A stretch of 63,896 nucleotides of DNA, filler included, from Octopus bimaculoides (taxonomy: Eukaryota): the NCBI RefSeq assembly GCF_001194135.2. It is 7 parts of 6 records of this genome, joined end to end, with 100 filler letters (N's around TTAATTAATTAA, not from the genome) between each part and the next. Parts side by side here need not be neighbours in the genome. Positions count along the whole stretch, not along the records: positions 18,439 to 42,654 come from NC_068981.1; positions 42,755 to 46,427 come from NC_068991.1; positions 46,528 to 55,822 come from NC_068988.1; 4 more parts are not named here. The stretch is one strand, 5' to 3'. Under the pieces are notes generated by a model that did not search any database, was not told the DNA's origin, and saw only the letters and a program-made list of their open reading frames with translations. Positions 40,315 through 52,214 of this stretch are shown here, piece by piece. The position numbers and the translations under genes are program-made. Position 1 is the first letter of the stretch; the number at the start of each line of letters is the position of its first letter.

Positions 40315-40870
40315 CCGGATGCAGTACCAGGCAGTAGCTCTCATGGCTTCTGATCTTAATTGATTGGAAGTGTTATCATGTACATTGTTTTGTCTTGGTA
40401 TAAAAGATGGGCTATAGCAAATATTCTGCTTAATACCACAGATTTGCATGTCAGTTGTTTGACCGTAACCAGTTGAGCATGTCCCTTGGTGGCTGGCGAT
40501 ATGTGCATCTTTGAACATGAGCAGAAGTAGTGGGGGTGCATCATAGCCACGTGTTGAGAGGAATTCTTTGGGGTTTGAATAATTCACCTTTGGAAACATT
40601 GGTGTTTTGCTCAACATCCTTAAACACACCTTATTCAGGGACCTTTTGAGCGGGATGAAGTAATCGACCTGAAGAAAATTCTAACTGGGCCCCACCTGCG
40701 AGGTCATGCGCTGTTTATCTTGATATGAGATCACTATGTCGAACACATATGGTTGTGATGCATGTGCCTGGTGTACCCTTATCAGACGGGTTGTCAGGAT
40801 GGGTATAATGGGCTTCGTATATTTTACCCCAGTGTCATTTTGATGACATGCACTGCTCTCTCATAATAAT
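40315..40870. repeat. Interspersed repeat, probable long LINE 3' UTR
   Basis: Non-coding, GC-richer block that I recall as an abundant octopus repeat; AAT-type repeats follow. Class not established. Confidence 0.45.
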
Positions 40871-41114
40871 GTCTTGCAAACAACTCGCACATGCATGTGC
40901 TATCAGTCAAGAACTCTGCATACCGGAAGCCAGCAAGTGCATGGGGTCATCAGGAGAGAATAATAATAATAATAATAATGATAATAATGATAATAATAAT
41001 AATGATAACAATAATAATAATAATAATAATGATATTAATGAAATGATTAAAATAAAATCATACACGGCATGCAATAAAGAAATAAGGGAAGTATACATAG
41101 TATGCAATAGTAAA

Positions 41115-41555
41115 AAAAAGGAAAGATGATAGTGAGGTGGTTACCTTGATACAGGAGGACCTTTAGGGATAATCGAAGAACGCCACAGTCCAAGATTTCC
41201 CTGAACATCAAGAAAAAGTGCCCACTTCAATTGCCTTTACTCAGACTCACAGTTGTACACTTACAGCGACACCATTCACTCTTGCCAATTTTGCAAGTTT
41301 CAACCACCTTTCGATAAACTCATTCGAGGATAGCATCTCCCTCTCAAGCCTTATCTTTTTTGTCATGTGAAACTTGAAATGTCACAGAGAAATGTAGGTA
41401 TTTTCATACCTTTCATCCTCTTTTGCCGCCGTCATTAGGCAAGGAAAATCTGTCTTACCTGCCCGATGGGGCAATCAACACTATGGACTTGACCTTAAAC
41501 GGAGCGTGCTCACCCGCAAGAGCAGCTGTTCCACGTAACAAGCTCTGACAAAACA
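41115..41555 (-). mobile_element. L1/Tx1-like ORF2 C-terminus and 3' UTR
   Basis: ..CLMTAAKE..HFKFHMTKKIRLEREMLSSNEFIERWLKLAKLARVNGVAVSVQL* (stop 41249-41247), then UTR. Family assignment from memory. Confidence 0.6.
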
Positions 41556-41723
41556 ATAAAATAATGTCTATAGATTTTATTAAATTTTGAAAATGAGATG
41601 TATTTTAATAAACATCTACTTTACAATTATCTAAACTGTGTACACATTTTTGGGACACCCTATATGTATGTATGTATTTATGTATGCATGCATGCATGCA
41701 TGTATGTATGTATGTATGTATGC

Positions 41724-41769
<46 letters not shown>

Positions 41770-42360
41770 ATATATATATATCGAAAGAAAGAGAAAGATA
41801 TATACATTAATAGATAGAGAGAGGGGGTGAAACACACATAAGGTCTTTTAGTTCCTGTGCTTTCGCAACCGGCCGCATAATTGTAAGGGAAATTCTCGCC
41901 TTTAAAAATGGAAACTGCGAATAAAACATTCAAAGATGTTGCAAGTAGTAAACCACCTAAATTTAAAAAAAAATGCCTTATACAATTCTTAAAATATCCA
42001 TCTGCTTATACATCGTTGATAGGCTAGGTGCTGTGGCATTTGCCCTGAGAAAACATCCCTTATGATGCGTTGTCTTGTGTTTTAACACAGAAGTTACATG
42101 AGAGTTGTTATTTCAAGAAAATACTGCAATAACTGGCATATCGCAGGTATATGGATATTAATTGAGATTAGTAGACGTCAAACACAAATTTGAATCGTTT
42201 CCGTGTGAATGAAATGGAAAAAAGCTTTACGGAAGAGGTAATTCCGTTTGAAAGAACATCTGACACAATACAGATGAGACCGATCCAAAACGAAAGCATC
42301 CAAACACACGGACACACACACACACACACGTATGCGTCTAGGGACATATATATATATATG

Positions 42361-42560
42361 GGGGCTGGCGTGGCTGTGTGGTAAGAAAGCATGCTTCTCA
42401 TCCACATGGTTCCGGACTGAGTCCCACTGCGCGACACCTTGGGAAAGTATTTTCTACTGTAGGCTCGGACCGACTAAAGCCTTGTGAGTGGATTTGGTGC
42501 TCGAGTGAAAGCAGTGCTCCAGCATGGCCAAAGTCAAAATGACTCAGACAAGTAAAAGAA
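42361..42560 (+). mobile_element. SINE family B, internally deleted (lacks microsatellite segment)
   Basis: ggcgtggctgtgtggtaaga..cactgcgcgacaccttggg..agccttgtgagtggatttgg joined to gtgctccagcatggcc..gtaaaaga. Confidence 0.85.
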
Positions 42561-42698
42561 TATATATATACACGCATCAATGATTTACCGTGTATTTATG
42601 ACTTAGCGTAGTATGTATTACGTTTTATTTTATGCAGTTATATTATAATTATATNNNNNNNNNNNNNNNNNNNNNNNNNNNNNNNNNNNNNNNNNNNN

Positions 42699-42710
42699 TT
42701 AATTAATTAA
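42699..42710. other. Artificial gap linker TTAATTAATTAA
   Basis: 44 N on each side. Confidence 0.95.
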
Positions 42711-42754
42711 NNNNNNNNNNNNNNNNNNNNNNNNNNNNNNNNNNNNNNNNNNNN

Positions 42755-42815
<61 letters not shown>

Positions 42816-43221
42816 GGTAGATAGACCTATACGTATATCAAATTAAATGAAGTTATAGTAAAGAGGGTTACAACATATAATATATATATATATATAAAAT
42901 ATGTTTATCATATGTTCTTCTTGATTTAATACATAATCCATATTTACCATGAAATAATCTCGTAGAAATACATATGAAAACGTATAATTACAATATGATC
43001 AGGTAGTACAGCACTGTGTATTTACTTACATATCTATGTAATAATACCAATAAAATCTTCGTACTGAATCTAACATGAACATCGCCAAATCTTATTAATT
43101 ATTATTTGAATATACCCTTAGAAAGAAACTTAATTTTCTTGCATGATTTGAAGGCTTCAAAATCGTTGTCACCCTGTTTCAACATAAAGGAAAGAATACT
43201 TTTGGTTATGATGGTATTTAC

Positions 43222-43412
43222 TAAGTTGAACTAGCAGAATCGTTAGATCACCGTTATTCCATCCATTCTGGGTTCAAATGTTGCCATGGTGTACATTGCC
43301 TTTCATCGCTTTCGAAGTCGATAAAATAAGTAACTATTGAGCACTAGGTTCGATGTAACCGATTTGCCCCCTCTACCGAAATTGCTGGCCTTGTGCCGAA
43401 ATTTAAAAGCAT
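43222..43412 (+). mobile_element. Decayed SINE family A
   Basis: gaactagcagaatcgttag..gggttcaaat..ttgcctttcatc..gtcgataaaataagta..ctggccttgtgccgaaatttaaa. Confidence 0.8.
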
Positions 43413-44432
43413 TTTGATGATATGTACTTTCCGCCTGCCCAATTCTCTTTTGTAAAATCACATACTTGACTTTTCCAGTTAAACGTTTATTCTTTCGTGT
43501 TACATTTACATATTTGTCTTTCAAAGAAGGTGTGTGTGTGCCTATTTTAAACATTATGGATTCTTAATTATTGTCATGACTTTTCATGCTATTCATTTAT
43601 TTTTCTTGTCATTGTTATTGTGTGTTGTCAATGTTTAAATGGGAGCATGTGATGTAACGGTATATTAAACATATAGAGTTATGATCTGTTTAGATAGAAA
43701 CACTACTGAGAAAACATTTAGTTTCAAAAACACTAATATCGTGAGGCGGGGATAAAAAGAAACACTTTTAGATAAGTTATTAGTATAAATACATATTAGG
43801 AAAAGTGAAAAAAAAAATTTTAAGCCCTGATAATGTTTAAGAGCCAGCAATACATTTTAAAAGCATCCGAATTACCAAAACAAGAAGAAAAAAAAACGAA
43901 TTTAGAAGTATTTAATTAAAATTAATCTCCAGTCATAAATTTTTGTTTGGAAAAGTTTTAAATATGATTTTAAATAGTGTTTCCCGAAATTAATTTTCAA
44001 GATGAAATTATTTTGACAGGTTTCCACGACGCCACTTGAATAACTTCTGAAAATTATGCTGTTGAGAAATACAAACACAAATCAATAAAAATGATGTACT
44101 TTCAAGCTTTTATTTCTTTGTTTCGCTCATTCGGGTAAACAAATTATTTTTCTTCATTCCCTATAAACGGTGATTTCATAATCAATATCAGTTAATGTAT
44201 TTCTAAGATTACCCTTATATGACAACTTTTCAGATAAAACATTTTTCGTTTAAAACTATATATTTCACCTTTAAGCCTCCACTCCGGTATTTTAGTGTTA
44301 CCCTGCCGTTCTTTCCTGCATGCTGTCCAAGATGTGCATGCATTACTTAATCTTGAGTGTCATTGAGTTTTGTAGAATCTCAACTAGTACTGGGGAAGAT
44401 GGTTTGTTGGTGCTGTAATATTTTCTGCCTCT

Positions 44433-44495
44433 AAGGCGGTGAGCTGGCAGAATTGTTAGTACGCCGGGCGAAATGCTTAGCGGTATTTCGTCTGT
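44433..44495 (+). mobile_element. SINE family A head, truncated
   Basis: aaggcggtgagctggcagaattgttagtacgccgggcgaaatgcttagcggtatttcgtctgt, then unrelated sequence. Confidence 0.85.
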
Positions 44496-44667
44496 GTGAC
44501 ACCTGTTGAAATGCTTAGCGGTATAACGACTCCGTGAATTTGGACTATTACTTATTATTTGAGTGCGTCTGTACAGTAAGTGCAAGTTTCCATTGACTGT
44601 TTTTGTGTGTTCTTGATATAACTATTGTGTGATAGTCTTCGTTCGAAAACTATCGTGTGTTTCCCCT

Positions 44668-46202
44668 ATGGGGGAAACAGTAATTTCTGGTAAGATGCCG
44701 AATAGTATATTTTCGTCTGGCGAAGAGGCGTCAACCGAGAGAAAAAATATAGAAAATTTATTGTTTGGAGAAGTTTCGGATTCTTCTGAAGAGGAGTTTC
44801 CAAATCTATCAAATTGTACCNNNNNNNNNNNNNNNNNNNNNNNNNNNNNNNNNNNNNNNNNNNNNNNNNNNNNNNNNNNNNNNNNNNNNNNNNNNNNNNN
44901 NNNNNNNNNNNNNNNNNNNNNNNNNNNNNNNNNNNNNNNNNNNNNNNNNNNNNNNNNNNNNNNNNNNNNNNNNNNNNNNNNNNNNNNNNNNNNNNNNNNN
45001 NNNNNNNNNNNNNNNNNNNNNNNNNNNNNNNNNNNNNNNNNNNNNNNNNNNNNNNNNNNNNNNNNNNNNNNNNNNNNNNNNNNNNNNNNNNNNNNNNNNN
45101 NNNNNNNNNNNNNNNNNNNNNNNNNNNNNNNNNNNNNNNNNNNNNNNNNNNNNNNNNNNNNNNNNNNNNNNNNNNNNNNNNNNNNNNNNNNNNNNNNNNN
45201 NNNNNNNNNNNNNNNNNNNNNNNNNNNNNNNNNNNNNNNNNNNNNNNNNNNNNNNNNNNNNNNNNNNNNNNNNNNNNNNNNNNNNNNNNNNNNNNNNNNN
45301 NNNNNNNNNNNNNGAGGATATAATTTTAATACCGATTTACATGGGGATGAGGACATCCAATGTAAAAATAACAAAGGTCCCACCTGAAATTGACCCAATG
45401 TGGTTGATGGCGGCGGTCCTGGCAAAGAAGGTAGATGAGGTAAATATACTTCAAGCTATCGTCACCGAAAAACCATATTGGATAGGCCACACGGTCCACT
45501 TATTAATTCAAGGAGAACAGGCTGTAATTGAACAGCTTCCAGAAAAAATAGAAGTTGGGGAGGAGTTGTTCCTCAACGTTTTTGTCGAGGGCCGAAAGCC
45601 CCGGTGTTTTTTGTGCGGCAAGTTAGGCTACATTCGAAGGAACTGCATGGAAAATGAGGAAAACGAGGAAGAGGAGAAAGAGGAAAAAGAGGAAAAAGAA
45701 GTAAAAGAAAAAGACGAGAAGAAAACAACAAACAAAAGAAAAATACAATCAGCAGCACAACCGAGAGTGGCGACTACTACAGAGCAACGACCAAAAAAGA
45801 CTGCAAGAAGAGAACAAGAGGAGAAAGGCATAATAGCCGTATACAGTAAAGATACTGAACTAATGAGAGACATTCAATTAATTAAGACTGAAAAAAAATA
45901 TATATAACCTTTCGGAGAAATACAACAACTATGACGTGTATGAATTCTCAAATAAGACTCATAGAATTTTACAAAACAAACACCGTAAGTCAGTATCATC
46001 TTTGAGACTGGACTTTAATAAGTCTATATTTAACGGACTACCAGCCCCGATAACGCGAGAAAAAGAAAAGGTGGAGACCTCACCTCCACCTAATAATTCT
46101 GTAATGAAACGGGATTTTAATAAACCTATTTCCCAAGACTTGCCACCTCCGACCCTGTATCATGAAAAGGTGGAGAGTCCCTCTCCACCGGACAAGCCCT
46201 GA
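44668..46202 (+). pseudogene. Retrotransposon ORF1 (nucleic-acid-binding, degenerate CCHC knuckle)
   Basis: MGETVISGK..[gap]..KITKVPPEIDP..RKPRCFLCGKLGYIRRNC (H->Y), acidic/basic tail. Removing one A from the A8 run at 45891-45898 joins it to the 45903-46202 frame. Confidence 0.75.
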
Positions 46203-46216
46203 TTAACAGGTAAGAC

Positions 46217-46427
46217 ATGTCTGTTCACATTGGTTGTTTAAATGTTCGTGGCATGTTGTCTAGCTGGAAGCAAAGACGCTTCCTAAATGACATCAGGTCA
46301 AGAAAATTGGATGTGATTGTTGAAACGGAAACCCGAGTAAAGGGACCAAGAGATCTGTCCCCCCCTCCTGAACGGCTACGAGAAATACGTTTCTCTGAGT
46401 CGGGCGGGAGGCGTGGGTGGGGTGTTG
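46217..46427 (+). pseudogene. Retrotransposon ORF2 N-terminus, APE endonuclease
   Basis: MSVHIGCLNVRG..KLDVIVETETR; removing one C from the C7 run at 46359-46365 gives ..SPLLNGYEKYVSLSRAGGVGGVL, typical of APE domains. Confidence 0.8.
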
Positions 46428-46471
46428 NNNNNNNNNNNNNNNNNNNNNNNNNNNNNNNNNNNNNNNNNNNN

Positions 46472-46483
46472 TTAATTAATTAA
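46472..46483. other. Artificial gap linker TTAATTAATTAA
   Basis: Centred in an N block. Confidence 0.95.
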
Positions 46484-48452
46484 NNNNNNNNNNNNNNNNN
46501 NNNNNNNNNNNNNNNNNNNNNNNNNNNCACACTCACATACATATTAATTTAATGATACCCAAATTGCCCTAGTATTCACGTTTGAAAATATCTAAACTGC
46601 AGATATGCTCAAAATACAAGATCTAAGTTTGAGAGTTATGACCGTGTTTCCAAAATCAAATTAATACATTCGCAAGGGCCGTGATTCTACTGTTTCGTAT
46701 ATTTCGTGTAACTATTATCACTTAAAACACTTCCAAATTTCATAAATTCCTAGTCAGCCGTTGGCTTCCAGAAATTTGAAAGTCGTATGCAGAACGGATA
46801 TAGGTAAAGCGAAATTGCATATTTTCTGAACTCGCGACTAAATGCTCAGCACTAAAGAAATGCGTGGTTTGTGCATATGAGATTGTGTGCATGTATTTAT
46901 GTATATACTTATGTGCATGTGCGTATGTGTTTGCGTGCGCCTCATGGTATCTTGTAAGCAATTATAATACGGAAATAATCGCCAGAGAGTTGCTATTGAT
47001 TATGTGTGTCTGTGTATATAACAGTTTACACAATACTCCTGTGTCTTACGTGTATATGTACCAAAACATCAATACTTATGTATGCATAATATTCTTATAT
47101 AAGTACACATATACGTGTATATGAATGTGTGTGTGTATATTTTTGCGTGTGTGTATGTGTGTGTGTGTACATTGATGTTTGTGTGCATATGTTTGCATTT
47201 GTGTGTGTATGTGTTGCGTGTGGGCATGTATTTATACTTAGCTTGTAACTGGCATTCCAGAAACGTATGTGAAAACTAAAAATATTTATACACAATAGAC
47301 AGCAAATTTCTGAAAAGGAGTTCCGGCGAGGACATTGCTATTGTGATTCTTATATGATGCGATATGACAAGAGTAAAACAAATTGATACCATTTTGCAAA
47401 TGGTACTCAAATTCCTTTAAAAAGAATTACACTTCCTTACAGTACATTAGTTCTTTTAAAGAAAATGACGCTTTTGATGCGTAAAGTCTGGTAAAGAATA
47501 TAAACAACAGTGAATTGAAGCTGCATGCACTTGATTGATTTGAGACCCAGACAGAATGTCGCAATGGCACAAAAACAAAAGAAACAAGAATTCCTTTCTT
47601 AATGTTTTAGCTTCTGCTGATTTCAAAGAGGTTAATGGCATTTTCAAGTTCAATTCACTGTGCAAAGAATATATCTTGTCAAGTTAAAACAAATATAGTT
47701 CCGTCAAACGTCGAATTACCTTCTGCATCAAGTGACAGCCTCCACCTGAATACGATGAGGATGCTTGTATTTCGACGCTATATTCGCTAGAAGAAGCAGC
47801 GAATTTTTCTTTAAGTCATACCATTTCTTTTAAAGGAAATGTAAATATTACATAACGCAAAATGCCATAAATATATCTGCGAATATAGACTCAGAAGGTA
47901 AAAGATGTTTTTGATGGTAGCTCTGTTGGATCAGATCTTGTCTGGACACACGAAAATCCTGTGTAATAAATAACAGCAAAACCACTGAAAGTACATGAAC
48001 AGCAACAATGACTCCATCACTCATATGTCTGAAAAATATTCAGCAATGTTATGAAATATAAAACGATCTCAAATGATATACAATTCAAATTCGAAAATAT
48101 TGTTTACTTTTCTTTGCTTTGTTTCACAACTAACACGTCAAAACTTTAAAGTTTCTCTCTATTCTGAAAACTTCAAAGTTACTTTCTATTGTCGTTTGTT
48201 ATAATTTAACCTACACGATTTTATAATTCAGTACAATAGAAATGAGAGCATCTTATTACTGACAACATCGAAAAGAATATTACGTACATTGAGTAATATT
48301 TTCTTATCTATACACCGAAGCGTATGCACGTGTATGTACACAAGTGCAAACTCTCTCGTTCTCTCTCCCTATTCTCTCTCTCTCTCTCACTCACACTCAC
48401 ACACATGCATACACACGCAAACACGGAGACAGAGAAAGGAGTAGAGTGTGAG

Positions 48453-48558
<106 letters not shown>

Positions 48559-48947
48559 TGACACTCGCATGATCATACACAGCCATACACGGGTTCATGC
48601 ACTTACTCATATACATGCTGATGGATACCAAACGACTATTGTTTTGCGAGTTAACATCCGTTTCGCGTCAGAAGACACTAAGTTGTTTAGTAGGATATAT
48701 ATTTTGCGAGCCTGCCGACATAACATACTGAAGTCGGTTTTATTGTGATGTGATATGTCTCACACACACACACACACACTGACAAACATTCGGTTTCTGG
48801 AAATCCAGTCGATTAGTGGCACTGAAGGTTTGTAAGACATTCCAAAAATTCTCAATCTGAGATTGTTAGGTGCATATATTGGCAGTTCAGCCAACACATC
48901 AACTCAGACCCATATTTAAAACACCGGAATATCTCTTAATTGAAAAC

Positions 48948-49392
48948 ACTTATTTCATCATTGCCCACAAGGGGCTAAACATAGAGGGGACAAACAAGGC
49001 TAGGCAAAGGGATTAAGTCGGTTACATAAACCCCAGTGTGTAACTGGTATTTAATTTATCGACCCCGAAAGGATGAAAGGCAAAGTCAACCTCGGCGGAA
49101 ATTGAACTCAGATCGTAACGGCAGACGAAATATCGCTAAGCATTTCTCCCTGCGTGCTAACGTTTCTTATTTCTTTACCACAAGGGGCTAAACATAGAGG
49201 GGACAAACAAGGACAGACAAAGGGATTAAGTCGATTATATCGATCCCAGTGCGTAACTGGTACTTAATTTATCGACCCCGAAATGATGAAAGGCAAAGTC
49301 GACCTCGGCGGAATTTGAACTCAGAACGTAACGGCAGACGAAATACTAAGCATTTCGTCCGGCATGCTATCGTTTCTGCCAGTTCGCCACCT
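48948..49392 (-). mobile_element. Head-to-tail dimer of SINE family A inside one TSD
   Basis: Two ~220-bp units; tcttaattgaaaac at both 48934-48947 and 49393-49406. Confidence 0.92.
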
Positions 49393-51883
49393 TCTTAATT
49401 GAAAACTCTTGTCGCTTTGTTGGCGACCGGCTTGAACTCTCTCAAGAACTGGAAGAAAGGTCATAGATACATTCATACATACACACATGTATATATACAT
49501 GTTTGTGCGTATGTTTGCATATTTCTAGTAAGTGCTTGTATAAGTACGATTCAGTTATTTCTCATTCATCATAAACTGTCATCCTAATTATAGACAATAC
49601 ATCATTTCAGAGATTATCAAGTCCTTCCTTCCGTTTCACCATTAATATTTTCCTTGGCATGACGATTCTACAACATGATTGGACAACGTACCCAGTAAAC
49701 AATTCCTTCTTTGTTCGCTCTCTTAGGAATACCCTAAATATGGATAGTTCACAGTAGACAATAAGTCATTGTTTTATATATTTCTAAAATGTCAGTATGT
49801 TCACAACTGAAATATTTGGGTGCACACGTTTATTCAGGCATTGTCGACAAGTTACTAACTCACAACATTGACAACTATATTTTGTTGAAGAAAAATTGAA
49901 TTCCTTACATATAATCAAAATGTAACATTATGAATGAACCATTAGTCTTTATAAATCCAAGTATTTACCCTCTTTTTCATTTACAATGTACTTTCGTGAT
50001 GAATATCTTCGTATGAAGACGAGAGTAAATTGCATTGTACACAGGCAGAGTTTCTTCTCCAACAAATTGACAGCAAAACCTTACAGCAACATCATATATT
50101 TTCCGCAGCTTGGTTGAATACCATGGTATTTAAATGAAGCAGCACCTAGTAATTTAAATAAAGTATGTGAAGTAGAATGCTATGTAATTTATTTTTAACT
50201 AAAAAATAAAGAAAGAAAGATAACTGCGAAACATTATTCTACATGCATTTTTTTTTTTTTTGCAAGTATCAATTTCGCTTATTTTTCCTCCGTTTTTATT
50301 TTAAAAGCTATCATTATTTCAGAGTAGAGTTCGGGGTATAAACAATTATTTGACAGCCTCATGAATTTCTCAAGACATGCTATTTAGTAGAGAAAACAAA
50401 TTCAATATGACACATCACAGAACAAGTTTCAAGAAAAAATAAATAAATGAATGGATAAAAAAAAAACATAAATTTAGAATGAAGATGCAATCACCATTAT
50501 TCAAACATGACTACATGACGTTACATTAAAATCTTTATATTCATATTCTTAAATAATTTTCAAGACGCAACAAAAAATACACTCTCACTCATTCATATAT
50601 CTATATTAATTCTCATATATATACATAAACACACATACATACATACAAACATTGCTGTATATATATATGTATATATATATATATTTATGTATATGCATAT
50701 ATATACACACACACTCACATACACGCGAGCACACAGAAGAGCACGCACATACGCGCACACACATACGAATATGTGGAGAAACGAAAAGAAGTGGCACTCA
50801 ATACATTTATTAGGAATTACATAATAAACTGATATCAGTTTAACTCGGCTCCATGCATCTTAAAGTTTCCTAGGCTTGTCAAATGAACGTCTCTCATCAG
50901 GATTTTAGAGACCAAATGAGACAAGTCTACGATGAGTTCTAGATGTCGGGCAGCTATTGGCCAATGCAGATAGCATGTTTTTATTGATAGAGTAGCGATA
51001 TCAGTTCAAAGATTTATTTCTAGTAACTCATGCAAGGAGAAGTAGCTACCGACTCACAGAATAATAAAAGGGACTAGGATTTATTAGTGCCAGCTCCGGT
51101 TACCGCCAAAGATAGTTTGTCACAATTGCACGAATTCGAGTCCAGTACAATAACACTCCAGGATACGCACACACAGACACGCACAACATAATTACTTCTT
51201 CGAAACGCGGAGTAGATGAAACAGGGACAACTGACGAAGGGGTATACTCTTTATGTTGCATGTCTCGTTTCTCTGTTTGCTTTTTTCGTTGTTCAAAGAC
51301 AAGTTCGTTTTCTATGTTTTTGTTTTTATGCTTTCGTTTATCATTGTGTTTAACGGTTTTTTTTAATGTCCTGTACCCGTATATGCATATATATATATAT
51401 ATACATATATATGTAGGCATGTACATATATGTATGGATATATGCATATATCTATATATTATTTATTTACATACATGCATACAACATTACACATTCGAAGC
51501 GACAAGTCGCGTATTTGTCGTGGGAGACTATTTATCANNNNNNNNNNNNNNNNNNNNNNNNNNNNNNNNNNNNNNNNNNNNNNNNNNNNNNNNNNNNNNN
51601 NNNNNNNNNNNNNNNNNNNNNNNNNNNNNNNNNNNNNNNNNNNNNNNNNNNNNNNNNNNNNNNNNNNNNNNNNNNNNNNNNNNNNNNNNNNNNNNNNNNN
51701 NNNNNNNNNNNNNNNNNNNNNNNNNNNNNNNNNNNNNNNNNNNNNNNNNNNNNNNNNNNNNNNNNNNNNNNNNNNNNNNNNNNNNNNNNNNNNNNNNNNN
51801 NNNNNNNNNNNNNNNNNNNNNNNNNNNNNNNNNNNNNNNNNNNNNNNNNNNNNNNNNNNNNNNNNNNNNNNNNNNNNNNNNNN

Positions 51884-52150
51884 NTGAGTGTTTATTGAGC
51901 GAAAACACTTAAAGCTCCACGAGGCTCCGGCAGGGGGTGCTGGCGAACTCTGCTGTACACTTTCATCACAACTTTCTCTCACTCTATCTTCCTGTTTCTG
52001 TTGTACCTGTATTTCAAAGTGCCAGCCACTCTGTGTCACGCTGAATCTGTGGAGAGCTCAACCACTTGCACGTTAATTTCACGAGCAGGCTGTTCCGTTG
52101 ATCGAATCAACTGGAACCCTCGTCGTCGTAACCGAGGGAGTGCTAACCAA
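51884..52150 (-). mobile_element. SINE-like interspersed repeat (third family)
   Basis: rc: cactccctcggttacgacgacgagggttccagttgattcgatcaacggaacagcctgctcgtgaaattaacgtgcaagtgg..cagcgtgacacagag. Recalled as a common octopus repeat; orientation inferred. Confidence 0.6.
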
Positions 52151-52152
52151 TA

Positions 52153-52214
<62 letters not shown>

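Larger units (their letters stand above)
44525..46427 (+). mobile_element. L1/Tx1-like non-LTR retrotransposon, 5' UTR-ORF1-start of ORF2 (rest lost in gap)
   Basis: ORF1 with zinc knuckle followed 14 nt later by an APE-type ORF2 start. Confidence 0.85.

Noticed and set aside
51200-51275. Hammerhead candidate: CGAAAC..CTGACGA with stem AGGGG-TATA-CTCTT
   Set aside because: No GAAA after stem II and the elements are in the wrong order; more likely an imperfect hairpin in a repeat.
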